A DNA stretch of 64,000 nucleotides from Octopus sinensis (taxonomy: Eukaryota), in the NCBI RefSeq assembly GCF_006345805.1, contig NC_042997.1:40362001-40426000 (forward strand), read 5' to 3'. Below are positions 36,976 through 50,164 of the stretch, one piece after another (the stretch's first letter is position 1; every line of letters starts with the position of its first letter). The notes beneath the pieces were generated by a model, which was not told the DNA's origin, did not search any database, and saw only the letters and a list, made by a program, of their open reading frames with translations. Both the position numbers and the translations under genes were made by a program.

Positions 36976-39139
36976 GTTAATCAAGGATCTTTGATCCCTT
37001 TTTCTTTTGATATATGTTATATATGCTTGTGTGTTTAGGGATTTTCATCTATGTGTGTGTGTATAATTGCGCATGTTTGTATGCGTGTGTATGTATATAT
37101 GTATGCATGCATATTTGTACGCATGCGTGCATTAAAGGGCAGTAAGCAATCTAAATAACAGAAGGCTATAATCATATAATCCGAGAATTGGATATTCTAA
37201 AATAATTGTAGACACCCTCCTAATTTTGAGTTACGAGTTGCGTCTTATGCCTAGAGACATTATATTTAATGTAACATAGAACGTCTCGCATATCGTTCAA
37301 TTATTTTGGTACATCCATAGTGCTTTAATCAACTTATAAAATTGAAACTAGCTAACGGGGTAACCTCTGTGTAGTCTCTTGGATCACACTGTTATCTTAA
37401 AATAAATGTGGTGCACATTGGCTACTAATTAATTCTTAGTTGCAGGAGGCCTGACTAAAAAGAATATGGATCATTGGTTTGCTTAATACAAGGTGGCTTT
37501 TGGGCGAGGAGGAGAATAATTTGTAAAACTAAATAGTAATGATAACCAAAAGAGATAAATAAATAAACGAATACAAAAATAAAATATATGTGTCTATAAA
37601 AATAAAATAAATCTCCGCTCGCTATAGTTAACTAGTAATTAGTCTCCTGTTTGAGAATACTTGCAAATAGGCTACATTTTTTCTTGTTCAGCTCTTGTGG
37701 CTATTTCCAGTAAAGTATGTATAATGTTTCTCAGAAACTATGCTGTATGTTTAAAAGTACACGATCTTTAAGAAAACCAAATAACATCGATTGCAAAAGT
37801 CTTAAAATTCTGATGTGGTTTGTTTAACGTATGCAGATGAATGCCAATTCAAGGGATTGATTTTTCCTAAACCAGGGTTCTGAGAGAAAGTATACTTTAC
37901 CATGCACAATTTGATTGACGCGAGATTAAGAACATAGTTATGAAACGAATCGAAACCTCAGTGAGATCCGACTTACCGACAACGAAATTTTTTAGTGCTG
38001 GTCGTTTTAAATTTAATGTTTTCCCAACATTTTATGAGTATATTCTACAGTTGTTTTGCTATCTTTGATATAACCACGCCTTTGGCTAAGAAAATCTAGT
38101 CTATATGGATGGATCCTGTTCAAAGAAATTTGTTATCTTTGCTTGATGTATTGAGTAGTAAATAATTGTAAACAACCTGAGACAATACAAACAAATCATA
38201 CAAGAATTTCTGTCAGATAAATCGGTGTAAAAAATGCGATCATTTTATAAATTACTGTACAAAATAGTTGAATTTTTTTCTATACCTTACGAGTTAAAAA
38301 GAGATCCATGATAGTCGGGATAACAAAATTTCGCTAAAAATAGAGATTGTATTTGAATACAGTCTGAAATTTTAAGAAAAGTGAATATCTTTGATTTTTC
38401 TTTTCATATAACATTTCCTCTTTAGTTGACCATGTTTTTGTATCGACAAGACTTTAGTTTGTAAAATCGTCGATGGCGTCTGTAAAAGCACCTATGGAAA
38501 CGTAATAGCAATGGAACATATTCTTACATAACGATACAAACTGTTCCTTTGAAACGTTGTTGACTATTCGACAGTGAAAAACATACACAACTTAAAACAC
38601 TTGCAAAAAATTATTCGTTGATGTAATAATTCTTCCAAGAATTACAAGGAAAATGTTTTCTCCAAATATTTAAAGGGAAGTCTACTGGTCATCCTTCGCT
38701 AAATTATACAGTGGTTAGTCTAACACTGGTATTTGTGGTGGATTCAGTAATTTTCTCTCAAACATTCACAGACATTTCGTGCTGAATCATCTCTAGTGAA
38801 GCTGCGATTACATGGAGTAGTGGTAAAAAGGCTTTAATACATTTCTCAGCTGTTACAACAGCAATGGATCTATAGCTGTGGTCCCATGTTTAAATAATTA
38901 TTAGTCTCGACTTCTGGTTCTTCATAATGTGTAGAACAGAAAGATACACTCATACATGTCTATTTATACATGCTAAAACATATACTCGTTCACGCACACG
39001 AATACATATATCTGAAGTAACTGACTGATCTGACATTTTGTAAAATTTTAGAGAAAAGCGTTCTGTCACCCCGGAATTATATTATATACCTACTCTTACT
39101 TTTATTTCCTCAAACGCTCTACACGCAAACTATATGTAT

Positions 39140-39140
39140 C

Positions 39141-39189
<49 letters not shown>

Positions 39190-39300
39190 CACACACACAC
39201 ACATATATATATATGTATGTATGTATATACGAGTATATGTTTATGTACATGTATGTATATATGCATGCATATATGTATATATATATATATATATGTATGA
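39140..39300. repeat. (TA)/(CA) microsatellite
   Basis: Direct reading. Confidence 0.95.
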
Positions 39301-39940
39301 GCGTATAAAAAGAATTGCAAGCTTCTAGGAAAGCCATTGAATTCAAAGAATGAAAAGTGATCCAAAAACCTGGTGGAATTGTTACTAGAGATCAATACTG
39401 TTATGGTATAGCCCTGGGTAAGAGCTAATAGAGCTTATTCACAAAGGCATACCATCTATGACCATCATATCTAGTACGTATGAGTGTCGCTACATGGTTG
39501 GTCGACCAGATAGAAATCTCTCCGACACAACACACCATATTGTCTAATATAACTTATAAATTAAGGACATATTATGTAATACTGTCCTAACAACATTTTA
39601 AAATATCTGGATTTGCTTGACAGTGGTGGGCTTAAGTCTAAACAGAAATATTTTGTCCCTTTTGTTTATTAGGAGTACACTATCAACAACATTTAAAACC
39701 TTTTCGGAATCTTTAATTATACGACTACGCGACATTTTTTTTATAATGTAATATATAAATTTTATTTGATAATTTTTCTGTTTTTAGAGGTTTTGGATGA
39801 TCTCTAAAACAACCTAGTATTGAATGATTTATTCAGATAATATTTTAATAGAATTACATCTTCAAACAATCAATTGAAACCGAATGGTACGAATTATGTT
39901 CAGATAGGACTATCAACTCAAATGCCAAAGCAATTTGAAT

Positions 39941-40110
39941 ATTGGTTTCAGATTTTGGCACAAGGCCAGAAAGTTCGGGGGAGGAGCTAAGTCGATTACA
40001 CTGACCCAGTGTTCAACTGATACTTATTTTATCGACCCCGAAGGATGAAACTTGAAGTCGACCTCGGGGGAGTTTGAACTCAGAGAGTAAAAACAGTTTG
40101 AATATTGCCA
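39941..40110 (-). mobile_element. Meta-domain-like SINE (5' eroded)
   Basis: tggcacaaggccag...agtcgattac...atcgaccccgaaggatgaaa...tttgaactcaga. Confidence 0.85.
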
Positions 40111-40365
40111 TCCTCCTCACTAACACGTTGCTATTCTCATCGTAAGAATATATTGCTCCACCCCAACCATTATTACACTAATCATTGTCTACTAAGGTTA
40201 AAGTTGTAACAGAAGTTCTTATATTCAGTGTCATACAAAATGCATCAATTTCAGAGAGAAAATGAAACTGCTGAATTCGACCTCCTGCTAACATTTAATA
40301 AGTGATCTAGACTATAGCTTTCAGAAATAGGCAATAGATATCTATTTCAATTATCTTCACCCACG

Positions 40366-40495
40366 AAAAATTTTCTAATTTTTCTTCTCCAAAATTTTCT
40401 AATTTTTCTTCTCCAAAAATTTTCTAATTTTTCTTCTCCAAAATTTTCTAATTTTTCTTCTCCAAACATTTTCTAATTTTTCTTCTCCAAAATTT
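40366..40495 (+). repeat. Minisatellite, 24/25-bp unit (a)aaaattttctaatttttcttctcc, 5 copies plus partial
   Basis: Direct reading; unit lengths alternate 25 and 24. Confidence 0.95.
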
Positions 40496-41769
40496 GAAAT
40501 CAATTATTCGTGTAAATTCGGTGGTAGAGAACAGAATTATAATTTTGTTTTGTTTTTAATTTCGTTTCGTTTCTCGAATGTTCTAAAACGGCACCGAGTT
40601 CAAATTGTATCGGAATTTACTTTACATTCTCTCGGCTTCGATAAATAAAATACCTGTAAATATACTGTACGTACTTGAAATCGATTATGCACTTTCTTCC
40701 ACAAAAATTCGATCTGAAATCCAATTGAAAGATGACAATGCAGATGAAGTTAAGCTCACAATGAACCACATCTAATTTGTCAGTGTGTCTGACATTTTAT
40801 TATGCTCCAAGATCCTTTTTTTTTATACAAAATAAAAGCTCACAGAGTGAATCGGGGTTATTTAATCAATATTCTTCAGCTTGTACTAAGCTACCACTGA
40901 CATTACCATAAAAAATATGTTCGCCGTTACGACGATAGTTCTTTTATATCGCCCATAAAACTCTGGTTTAATTGTTGAAAAATATCTTCGCTGTCATTGT
41001 CCTTTCCACCATCAATGCCAGTATTATCGTTGTCAACCTTCTGTTCCACCTCATTATCATCCTCGTTATTATTGTCGTTCCCCCCTCGACCATCAACATC
41101 AATAACAACGTCCATGACGACTACGACTACAAGAACGACAACATCGTGAGTGCTGCGGTTGTAGTTTTAATCATTGCGCTGTTGCTGTGGTTGCTGTTGT
41201 TGTTGTTGTTGTTGTTTCTGCTGCTGTCATCGACAAATGACACCGTTCTATAAGTCTAGCTACTATCGGAATAAATACTGTCATGCAAAGCTGAGCACTC
41301 TTTGCACTTAAGTCCAATAAAGTATTTCCCTTTTAAAATAGGCATTCTAGAGCGAAGAGAGTCAGATGTCAAACGTGTGTTAAGGTACCGTCTCAGTTTA
41401 ATTTATTCTCAAAGTTTGAAATTGCACCTGATCTTTGAACATAAATTGATTAACAAAATTAATCCTAAATCTTCGCTGACATTAAATCTAGGTTTTATAT
41501 TTGAATAAATTTCCATACGTACGTTTGCTTAACCCTTTACTATATTTTTACTCTTGTAATAACTAAAAATACTGGATTATTTTTTATTGCCCACGTTTGA
41601 TTTTTATTACCACTCATCCAAATTTTTATTCATGTACTCAAGGTTATTAGGCAATTTGTGAAAACGAATTTGCTGAAACATAAAATAAATTTATTCGAGG
41701 TTTCATGTTTGGAATAATGTTTTAACTTCACTGGTGAAGAAACAACGAAGCATAAAAGTTGGGCAAAAT

Positions 41770-42190
41770 TATGTAATATTGGTTTCATATTTTGGAACTA
41801 GACAGAAATCCCAGACGCGGGAGTGAGTCATATACACTGGACCCAGTGCTCAACTGGTACTTATTTTATCAACCCTGATAAAGTCAACATCGGCAGAATT
41901 TGAACTCAGAACGCTAAGACAGAGGAGATCCTGCTAAGCAGTTTGCCCGGTGTACCTTATAGATATGTAATATCGGTTTCAAATTTTGGCACAAGACCAG
42001 CAATGTCGGGGGAGGAGCACATCGATTACATCGGCCTCAGTGCTTGACTGATACTTATTTTATCGATTATAGGAGGATGAAAGGCAAAGTCAACCACAGC
42101 GGAACTTGAATTCAGAACGTAAAGAGGGACATAATGCTGCTAAGCATTTTGCGCGGCGTGCCAGTTCCCCGCGTTATGAATATGTAATAT
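41770..42190 (-). mobile_element. Two head-to-tail Meta-domain-like SINEs bounded by three copies of tatgtaatat
   Basis: Copies about 41780-41955 and 41974-42175. tatgtaatat at 41770, 41964 and 42181. Confidence 0.85.
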
Positions 42191-42798
42191 TGATGTTTAT
42201 CCTTAAAAGATGATTTGGCGTTCATGTTTTTTTCAAAGCATCCGTTACCTGATTAAGTACCTCTAACGTGAGTACCTTTTAGCAAAATTCACTGTTAAAA
42301 TTATTCGAATCTGGTTTGAGTGAATAACTTCTTCCTTTCCTCTCACGATTATGGCGGCATTAATCACGAACGTTGTCCTTTTTTCTCAGAATAAACCTGA
42401 ACAGAGAGAGAGAGAGAGAGAAATGGGGAGAGGCGGAAGAACTAAGTTTTGAGATCGCTGGCAGTTTATCTTTTGCTCTTTAACATTCACTCACAAGGTT
42501 GTATCATATTTGTTGTTTATGCCATGCAGTTACAATTGGTTGGAGTCATGTTAGAAAATTTGATTTTAAGTGGACGAAAGCATCTAGAATATATTCTTGG
42601 GTTTATGTTTTCTAAATCATGAATCTTCAGTTACTAAGAATTCAAGATGAACGAAAATACTTGAAAATAAAGTTACGTGTGGTTGCATTAGGAAGTGGAA
42701 AGAAAGAGTATAGTATAAGAAATGCATTAATATGTAGAGATATGGATCATGGAATTAGAAAAAAGGGAAGAGAAGAGTAATATAACGATTAATATTAA

Positions 42799-43008
42799 AG
42801 GCAGCAAGCTGGCAGAATCATTAGCATGCCGGGCGAAAATGCTTAGCGACAATTCGTCGATGTTTACGTTCTAAGCTCAAATTCCATTGAGGTCAAATTT
42901 GCCTTTCGTTCTTTCGGAGTCGATAAATTAAGTATCAGCTGAGTACTGGGGTCGATGTATTGACTTGCATCCTCCCACCGAATTTGCTGCCGTTGGGCCC
43001 AATGAAAC
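42799..43008 (+). mobile_element. Meta-domain-like SINE
   Basis: ggcagcaagctggcagaatcattagcatgccgggcgaaa...tttgcctttcgttctttcggagtcgataaattaagta. Confidence 0.9.
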
Positions 43009-43244
43009 CAATATAACACAACGGTTACCTAATTATATATGTATGTCCCCTGTATCTAATTTTGCCTTGTTTAATAGCGTTAGGATTTTTATTTGCTTTG
43101 CTTTCCTACTTTTCTTTTTATGGTATCGCCTTTTATTATTTTGCGTTAGTCATTTACCGATATTAATTAGTTCAATTATTTTAATTAATTTAATTTACTT
43201 CATATTTATTTGAAATGTTTTCCAAGATTTCTCGAAAGTATTCA

Positions 43245-45400
43245 TTGTCAACGAATCAAAGAGTCTCCGAAAGAGACCAACCAGTTGATGTTCGTCGATA
43301 CCCAGATTTTACACGAAAATGTTGTCGCTCTCCACCAGTCATCTAAAAAAAGTTGAAGCGGAAATTTCATCGACACATTGCCAGAGGACACCAAGTGTTG
43401 GTGTTCACATGAATCAGGGGTGCATTTCATCCAAGAGACGAGTCGCAGCAGAACAAGATCGATTACATTTGTTCACCGTCATCGTTATCCCGTAATTTCT
43501 GCAAATGTAACCTCAGTGTGTATCTGCGATTGCTCAGGCTTAGTGTTCTAAGTAAATTTTGAGTGAGTTTTACAAACAATTAGAAGTGTTTGACCAGCAG
43601 GATCTGCCGGCTCTTTTACAGAAATCGAAACAGGATGCACTCCAGTTTGTTTATTGGGAAGCAATGAAGGAGTTAACCACTTTTGCCTCGTATTTCAATG
43701 CCGACTTTCTCTCAACCCATTTATTAGTGAGACTTAACGCTCTACACACAGCCTTTTGCCACGTTTTATCCACCTGGAGGTCCTGACCGAACAAGACACC
43801 AAATATATTAATTGGATATTTTGTCCAGCGGCAGAAGCCTCCGTTACATGCTTACTGGAACCTCACTTGTTCTGGTTTATCCACTACCTCACCCCGTTAC
43901 CGCCATATATCTCTTCAGTATGGTGTCGATCACCTCAATTTCCAGTATGTTCAACATCATCAGGGTGTCGTTGTGTGCATGTACTGTGGATCAATTCCAG
44001 TGGCACCCTTAATCTAACTTTCACTGCAGAAGCTCGAGCGCCAAGACAAGAAAAGATTCGAGCGAAGGCATCCATAATGAACTTGTCGGGTGATGCGACG
44101 ATTTAGTTGCCTCCCTCCGAACAAATTTCATTGCATGTCGTTGCGAAAGCCTCTGAAAGTTCAGTTGCATTTACTACGACTGCTAATTAATGATACTCAA
44201 TCACGTTGGAGATTTTAGCCTGATTTAACTTGATTAGTGCTCCACTAAAAGCTAATCAATTCGAGAACGTCCTGTGACATCTTGCATTAGATGGAGGCTG
44301 TCGTGGATAATTATGTGGGTTTGTGTATCTCCGAGTATACTACAGTAAACAAGCGTCGACCTCTTAGTAAGCATCTTTGCTAAAATTTTAACTATGATAT
44401 TAGCAAAATCTCGGGCCTAAAACTATAAAGTATGTACTTTGCGTGAGTGCTTTCTTAGAAGCATCAGCATACCTTAGTGCTCAAAGGGAAGGTCCCCGTT
44501 TTGTTGTCATTTGCACTAGACAGTTGCCAAGACAAAGGTGCAGTAGTTTTAGCCTTGGTATACTTTTCGTAAAGCTGCCTAAAGTGTCGTTTTTACCGCC
44601 AAAATCGATTTTGCGATTTCTTTTCCCCTTCTTAAGTCAGGAAGCGTGACAAAAACGTTCAGTTAAGAACCGAAACGTCAGCATCTCCAATGTGTCGTTC
44701 CACGTAAGTTGTTCAGCAAAGTCTTACCCATGCACTGCATAAATCCGCTGAGAATTGGATAACATGGACTCATGGTGGTTCGTCAAAACGAATGCAGTTG
44801 CTCTAACCGGGACCATCGAATTGATTTCAATTCCTTGTGTCTCGGAGCGTGCCCTTAGGTTGGGTGATCCAAGCTCATCCAGCGTAACCTCGTGATTCAT
44901 ATAGAAGAACTGATTCAGACGTCGTCATTGCTTGTACTTCGAATATATTGTCTTTCTTCTCACCTTTCGAAATTAGTGTTTTCTAGCACTAGTTTGTTAT
45001 GAAAACAAACTCCTCTTTAATGTGACCTATCCCATGTTGTTGATTATTGTCCTCGTCAACGCTTGCTGAATTACTTCATTTAACTCTGTGTTAATAAAGA
45101 CGCGTTCAAGATTCCAGTAACCGGCTTTTTGTATATTTGACTGTTCTAGTCTGTGTAGCTAACCACCGGATATTATAGATATCCTATACTGTCCCTATCT
45201 GCTAATGTGACGATAACTTCTATAGAGAACTTGGAAGACTCGCTCCGTTTTCAGCGCATTAAAATATTTGAGAGGTTTTCGATATCTGTCACTGTCAATC
45301 GAAAATGCCTAAGAACGGCAGAAACTTTTTAACACCCACCATTCAGTTACTACAATACTCACAATTCTCACAACTGATACGATATCAATGTCACTAGCAC
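43245..45400 (-). mobile_element. Highly decayed Ty3/Gypsy pol (RT-RNaseH-integrase order)
   Basis: Minus-strand remnants in Gypsy order: DRY..RVFQVLYRSYRHI (RT), TQGI..QLTWND (thumb), LRGRRLFTVVYSEIHKP (RNase H GRxFTVYTDHKPL), DDGEQM*S.LF and HVNTNTWCP..LVSFGDSL (integrase). No LTRs seen. Confidence 0.55.
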
Positions 45401-45788
45401 TACTGAACGAGGTGTAACTTGGAAATTTTCCAGACGCTTAGAGAATATGTTTGCCTAGTTTTTGTTGGGATACAAATGGCCATCTGCCGCAAAACATCAC
45501 CCCTACTCTTTTACATCTCTAGGACAGCCGATGCAACGTCCGATTCTAGGAGGATCGAATTTACCTGGAGTTTTAGACCATACAGAACACTCCAATCAAT
45601 CAGGTACAACCATACACGGTTTATATCTTGTAGAAGGATCGAAAATCATGATGATCTGAATGCATGGTTTAGCTTGTAGCTTCCACTGAGGTTAAACTTG
45701 TCATCCACTGTTTATATTATATCAGTTCAGTACTAAGGTCGCTGATTCTAATTCCTTCCTTTCTTTCTTTATTGTACCTACAATTCAA

Positions 45789-46096
45789 GTGGAGGCACAT
45801 GGCCTAGTGGTTAGAGCAGTAGACTCGCGGTCGAGGGATCGCTGGTTCGAATCTCAGACCGGGCGATGTGTGTGTATTTATGAGCGAAACACCTAAGCTC
45901 CACGCGGCTCCAGCAGAAGGTAATGGCGAACTTCTGCTGACTCATTCGCCACAACTTTCTCTAACTCTTTCTTCCTGCATCTTGCAGTTCAACTGCGACG
46001 GGCCGGCGTCACGCCCGAGTAGGGAACTTATACGCCACGAAACCGGGAAACCGGCCCTTATGAGCCATGCATGGCTCGAGAAGGAACAAAACAACA
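45789..46096 (+). mobile_element. Young full-length tRNA SINE with 13-bp target-site duplication
   Basis: A box tggcctagtgg 45800-10, B box ggttcgaatc 45844-53, (AAC)n tail. TSD acctacaattcaa at 45776-88 and 46097-109. Confidence 0.95.
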
Positions 46097-46275
46097 ACCT
46101 ACAATTCAAAGGTCCATCCTAATCACTTTGTGAGACTCTATTTCAGCTTGGGGAAATAGAGTTAATGGTCCATGCGTCTGTAGAATACTCAACTGCTTAC
46201 ATTTTAATTTCTTGAGCAGGAATTCACTTGGATGAACAAATGAATGTTCCTTCTGGAACCCGACTAAAAAATCAA
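46097..46275 (+). mobile_element. Older Nin/Deu-domain-like SINE interrupted by the 45789 insertion
   Basis: ttcaaaggtccatcctaatcac...gttaatggtccatgcgtctgtagaatactcaactgctt, homologous to 54125-54238. Confidence 0.65.
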
Positions 46276-46706
46276 CCAACTCTTTTTCGTTTCACTGCTT
46301 GTTTGAAATTACATTACACAGCTAACACCTGCAAAATTATTATATTTTCCCAGCAAATCTTCTGATAAAGGCACATTTTTACTTTGGCAAAAAAACAAAA
46401 AAAAATTGCATAGCAGACGATAGCTTTAGCTTTACTAATTGCCACGGCTGTCATGGCTACTTCCAACCGCACCCCTCTCTTTTTAAATGAAATTTGTTAA
46501 CATTCAATAAAAATATTTGTCCGTTATCTGCAGATATATTTATATCTCCTATAATTAGTAGAGAGAATGGTAGTTTTCAAACACTCTTTCTTTCCCGAGA
46601 AAGTTCGAAACAATTATATTGATAAAAAATATAAAATTTCGTCAGAGAAATTTAGAAATACCTGTGTAAACTTGCTGAGCGTCTAGGTTTACAACCAGAA
46701 CAATCC

Positions 46707-46745
46707 GAAACTGTTATTAATTGTGGTACAATTAATAACAGTTTC
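46707..46745. repeat. Perfect 18-bp inverted repeat, 3-nt spacer
   Basis: gaaactgttattaattgt ggt acaattaataacagtttc. Confidence 0.95.
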
Positions 46746-47931
46746 TAATTTAGACACAAGAACGGAAATTTAGTGTGTGAATGGTGGTGGGTCAGACGAT
46801 TACGTTATTCCAGTACATGACTGACAGAGACCTCAAACGACTACATAATAACGAAAATTACGTAGACGGTAGCAATCTATCCATATTGTGTCTCTAAGAT
46901 GATTATGTCCTAGATCAACCTTATCACCAATGAGTCTTAAAGTGAGCTTCGTATTCCTTCATCCTTAATTATTAGTCTGTGAGAAGGCGTGGTGAATTAG
47001 ATGAGTTTGTCTTTGCGTTTTCCATTAAACGAGTTTGTCAAATGTAACACTAACATGTATTGTGATCAATACCCTTCCTTGCCTAATGTAAGGGAACACA
47101 CTTCACATATCGACTAGAATTCTCTGCGATTGCTATTTCGAGAGCATAAAAAAAAAAGAAAAAAACCTGTGTCTTTCTAGATACAGAGGTATTTCCTTTT
47201 TTCCTGCTGCTTGAAAAGGGGATTAGGTGTTGATGCGTTTACCTTTGTCACCCAGCACTCTAAGGCCAGACATTTTCACCGCTGGATAATTCATATCTAA
47301 GGCTCATCTGTTTGAGATAGCTCCAACGAAAAAAGAATGATTACAAACGCATTTTTGTTTCCCCCGCTTCGAACTTTCTTTTCATTTTAATGTCATTTTC
47401 AATATTTATTCGCCTGACAAGCATGCACATTGTTTTTATTTTATGCCATGTAAATTTGCATTTGTGGATATTTAATTGCAGCTGGTTGCATTAGGTGTAT
47501 CGTTTTTGTTTTTTTTTTTGTAACATTTATTCTGTTAATCTCATTTTTTTCTCCTATGAAATCTGTTATCTTTGTTGTATTGGTTTTCGTTTGTTCGAAC
47601 ATTAAATGAACACTCTGTGTCAAATGGGGATGCATAATCTATTCTACTCTCTTTCTTGAAATTAGCTCTCACTGTTCCTCTGATGGAGAAAGCCACATTG
47701 AAAATTTCTGTAAAATACAAAATTCTGAGAAAATAATTAAAATATTATTTGAAGCAGACGTTTGGATGAATGTGCTAGCTTTGCAACGTCACCTGTTGGT
47801 AAAATAATTGAAAAAAGGAATAATTTTCATCCAGTTAAACTTGTTCTTTATCCAAAAATTCTTGGGAAGATTTATAACGTCAACTTACACGACAGCACAC
47901 TCATAATAATAGTAACAACAATAGGTATGAA

Positions 47932-48335
47932 CAGACGGACCGAGTAATAGAAGCTAGAGGGTCTGATTTAGTAGTGGTAGATGTGAAGAATAAAAAGTGC
48001 CAGATAATTGACTTTGCAGTCCAAAATGATGGGAAAGTCAATATGAGAAAAATAGAAAAATATCAAAGTACCAGGACCTAGGCATTGAGTTACAGAGATT
48101 ATAGAAAGCGCAGGTAAAATGATTCCCTGTAGTTACCGATGTATTAGGAACTATCCCTAAAGATTTGAACAGATTGGTTGAGGAAATTGGCATAAAATCC
48201 AGTTTAGTACAGCTCCAGTGTTATTTGGGGCAGCTAGGATACTTAGGAGGGTTCTTGGCATCTGAAGTTACTCGTTGTAACCCGATGTGAAGAAGTTTTC
48301 ATTTCCAACAGACTAATCTGTTGGGCGTATATGAA
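47932..48335 (+). mobile_element. 5'-truncated R4/Dong-clade retrotransposon (RLE domain and 3' UTR) ending in (TAA)n
   Basis: QTDRVIEARGSDLVVVDVKNKKCQIIDFAVQND...KYQDLGIELQRL*...PVVTDVLGTIPK...VLFGAARILRRVLGI* (stop 48263-65). Confidence 0.9.
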
Positions 48336-48355
48336 ATAACAACAACAACAACAAC

Positions 48356-48389
<34 letters not shown>

Positions 48390-48449
48390 GTAGTAGTAGT
48401 AGTAGTAATAATATAATAATAATAGTAGTAGTAGTAGTAGTAGTAGTAA
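48336..48449. repeat. (CAA)/(TAA)/(TAG) microsatellite
   Basis: Direct reading. Confidence 0.95.
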
Positions 48450-48639
48450 TCCTTTCTACTATAGGCACATGGCCTGAAATTACATCGACCTCAGTACTTA
48501 ACTGGTACTTAATTCATCAACCCCGAAAGGATGAAAGGCAAAGTCAACCTCGACGGAATTTGAACTCAGAACGCAACGGCAGGCGACATACCGCTAAGCA
48601 TTTCACCCGGCGTGCTAACGATTCTGCCAGCTCGCCGCC

Positions 48640-48711
<72 letters not shown>

Positions 48712-48883
48712 TAATTCTTTCTGCTATAGGCACATGGCCTGAAGTTTGGGGGAGGGGTCTAGTCGATTACAACGACCCCAGTGTTCAACTGGTACTTATT
48801 TCATCGAACTCAGAACGTGAAGACACGAAACACCGTTAAGTATTTCGCCCAACGTATTCACGATTCTGCCAGTTCGCTGCCTT
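48448..48883 (-). mobile_element. Two Meta-domain-like SINEs separated by (AAT)n
   Basis: Copies 48448-48640 and 48715-48883, each with an internal deletion. Array 48641-48713; (TGA)n follows. Confidence 0.9.
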
Positions 48884-49284
48884 GATGATGATGACGATGA
48901 TGATGACAATGATGATGATGATGAGGATGATGATGATTACTTCTTTATTTCTCATCAGCTCGATAGGAATGATTGGCGAAGAATGCTGGAGAGTGGCTAC
49001 GCAGGAGCAGACAATTAAGCAGTATGGAGTTATATCAAAAACTATTCGGTGGCTTTTATGTAACGCTTACGCTAGATCTCAGCTTCTGTAGTTTTAGCAC
49101 AATCTACTAACAGACTCTGTTTGTCTCTACCTGTGAGATTTGCCTGTATAAATGCTGCTCTCTCTCTCTTCAGCAGCCTCTGTCGCTATGACAGCAACTG
49201 GTAAACTAGAACATCTGCTTTCGCTTTTATGTTTGCTTTTGTATTCTCTTTAATTTGTTGGTTATACAGCAGTAAAGATAACGT

Positions 49285-49316
<32 letters not shown>

Positions 49317-49626
49317 CTTCTTTCTCTTTCTTTCTCTCTGTTCCCTCCTCTCTCTCTCTCTCTCTCTCTCCTTCTATGTCTCTGTTCCCAGCTCGCTCTC
49401 TCTGTACCGTGTATATAATATACACAAGCACATTCACACACCAACACAAGAACAAGCAGCAAAGAGAAGAATGTGAATACACATACTCCGACACTTTCTT
49501 TTTAAACACACACACACACACACGTTTCCAAATATACAAGGATATATGAACAAAGTGCACACACACACACACGCTCACTTATACTACTCAGCAACCACGT
49601 AGCAACATGAATGTATATCTTTGTAT

Positions 49627-49669
<43 letters not shown>

Positions 49670-49764
49670 ATTAGATGCATGAACTTAACAAATAAGCAGA
49701 CTAGTATATATGCACACACCGAATTATCGCGCGCGTGTGTGTGTGTGTGTGTACAAGTGCGTAC

Positions 49765-49798
<34 letters not shown>

Positions 49799-49840
49799 AA
49801 GTGCGTACGTGCGTGCGTGTGCAAGTGCGTGTGTGTGTGT
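49285..49840. repeat. (CT)n, (CA)n and (TG)n microsatellite field
   Basis: Direct reading. Confidence 0.9.
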
Positions 49841-50164
49841 ATTACACATATTCAAGTATTCACAAGACATAGTAGGAGCCGCTAAGTGGGCGCTGAACCT
49901 GCGAGAGATGGCAGCAAAATTTCCCTCAATTATACTTCTTCATCTTAAAAAAAAAAAAACGGGGGACAAAATGAATAATGAAGTTCTAGATTTTCAATAA
50001 CTGCAAGAAAAAGAAAAAAATGAGATGATTTAAATCAGTGGTTCTCATCCGGGGTCCATATTTTCCATGGAGGTCCAAGTAAAATTTTGTTGTGAAAATT
50101 TATCTGCAATGAAATAGTTATACTTCTACAATACTCACAATAACTTGGAACTTTTTTCGTATAA

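Noticed and set aside
40366-40495. CRISPR-like array
   Set aside because: Repeats are contiguous with no spacers; eukaryotic context, no cas genes.
45462-45659. QRPILGG peptide resembling Gypsy protease (DVxxPILG) in inverted orientation
   Set aside because: Single short motif on the strand opposite to pol; insufficient support.
45789-45865. tRNA gene
   Set aside because: A and B boxes belong to a SINE head that continues into a SINE body, with tail and TSD; no complete cloverleaf.
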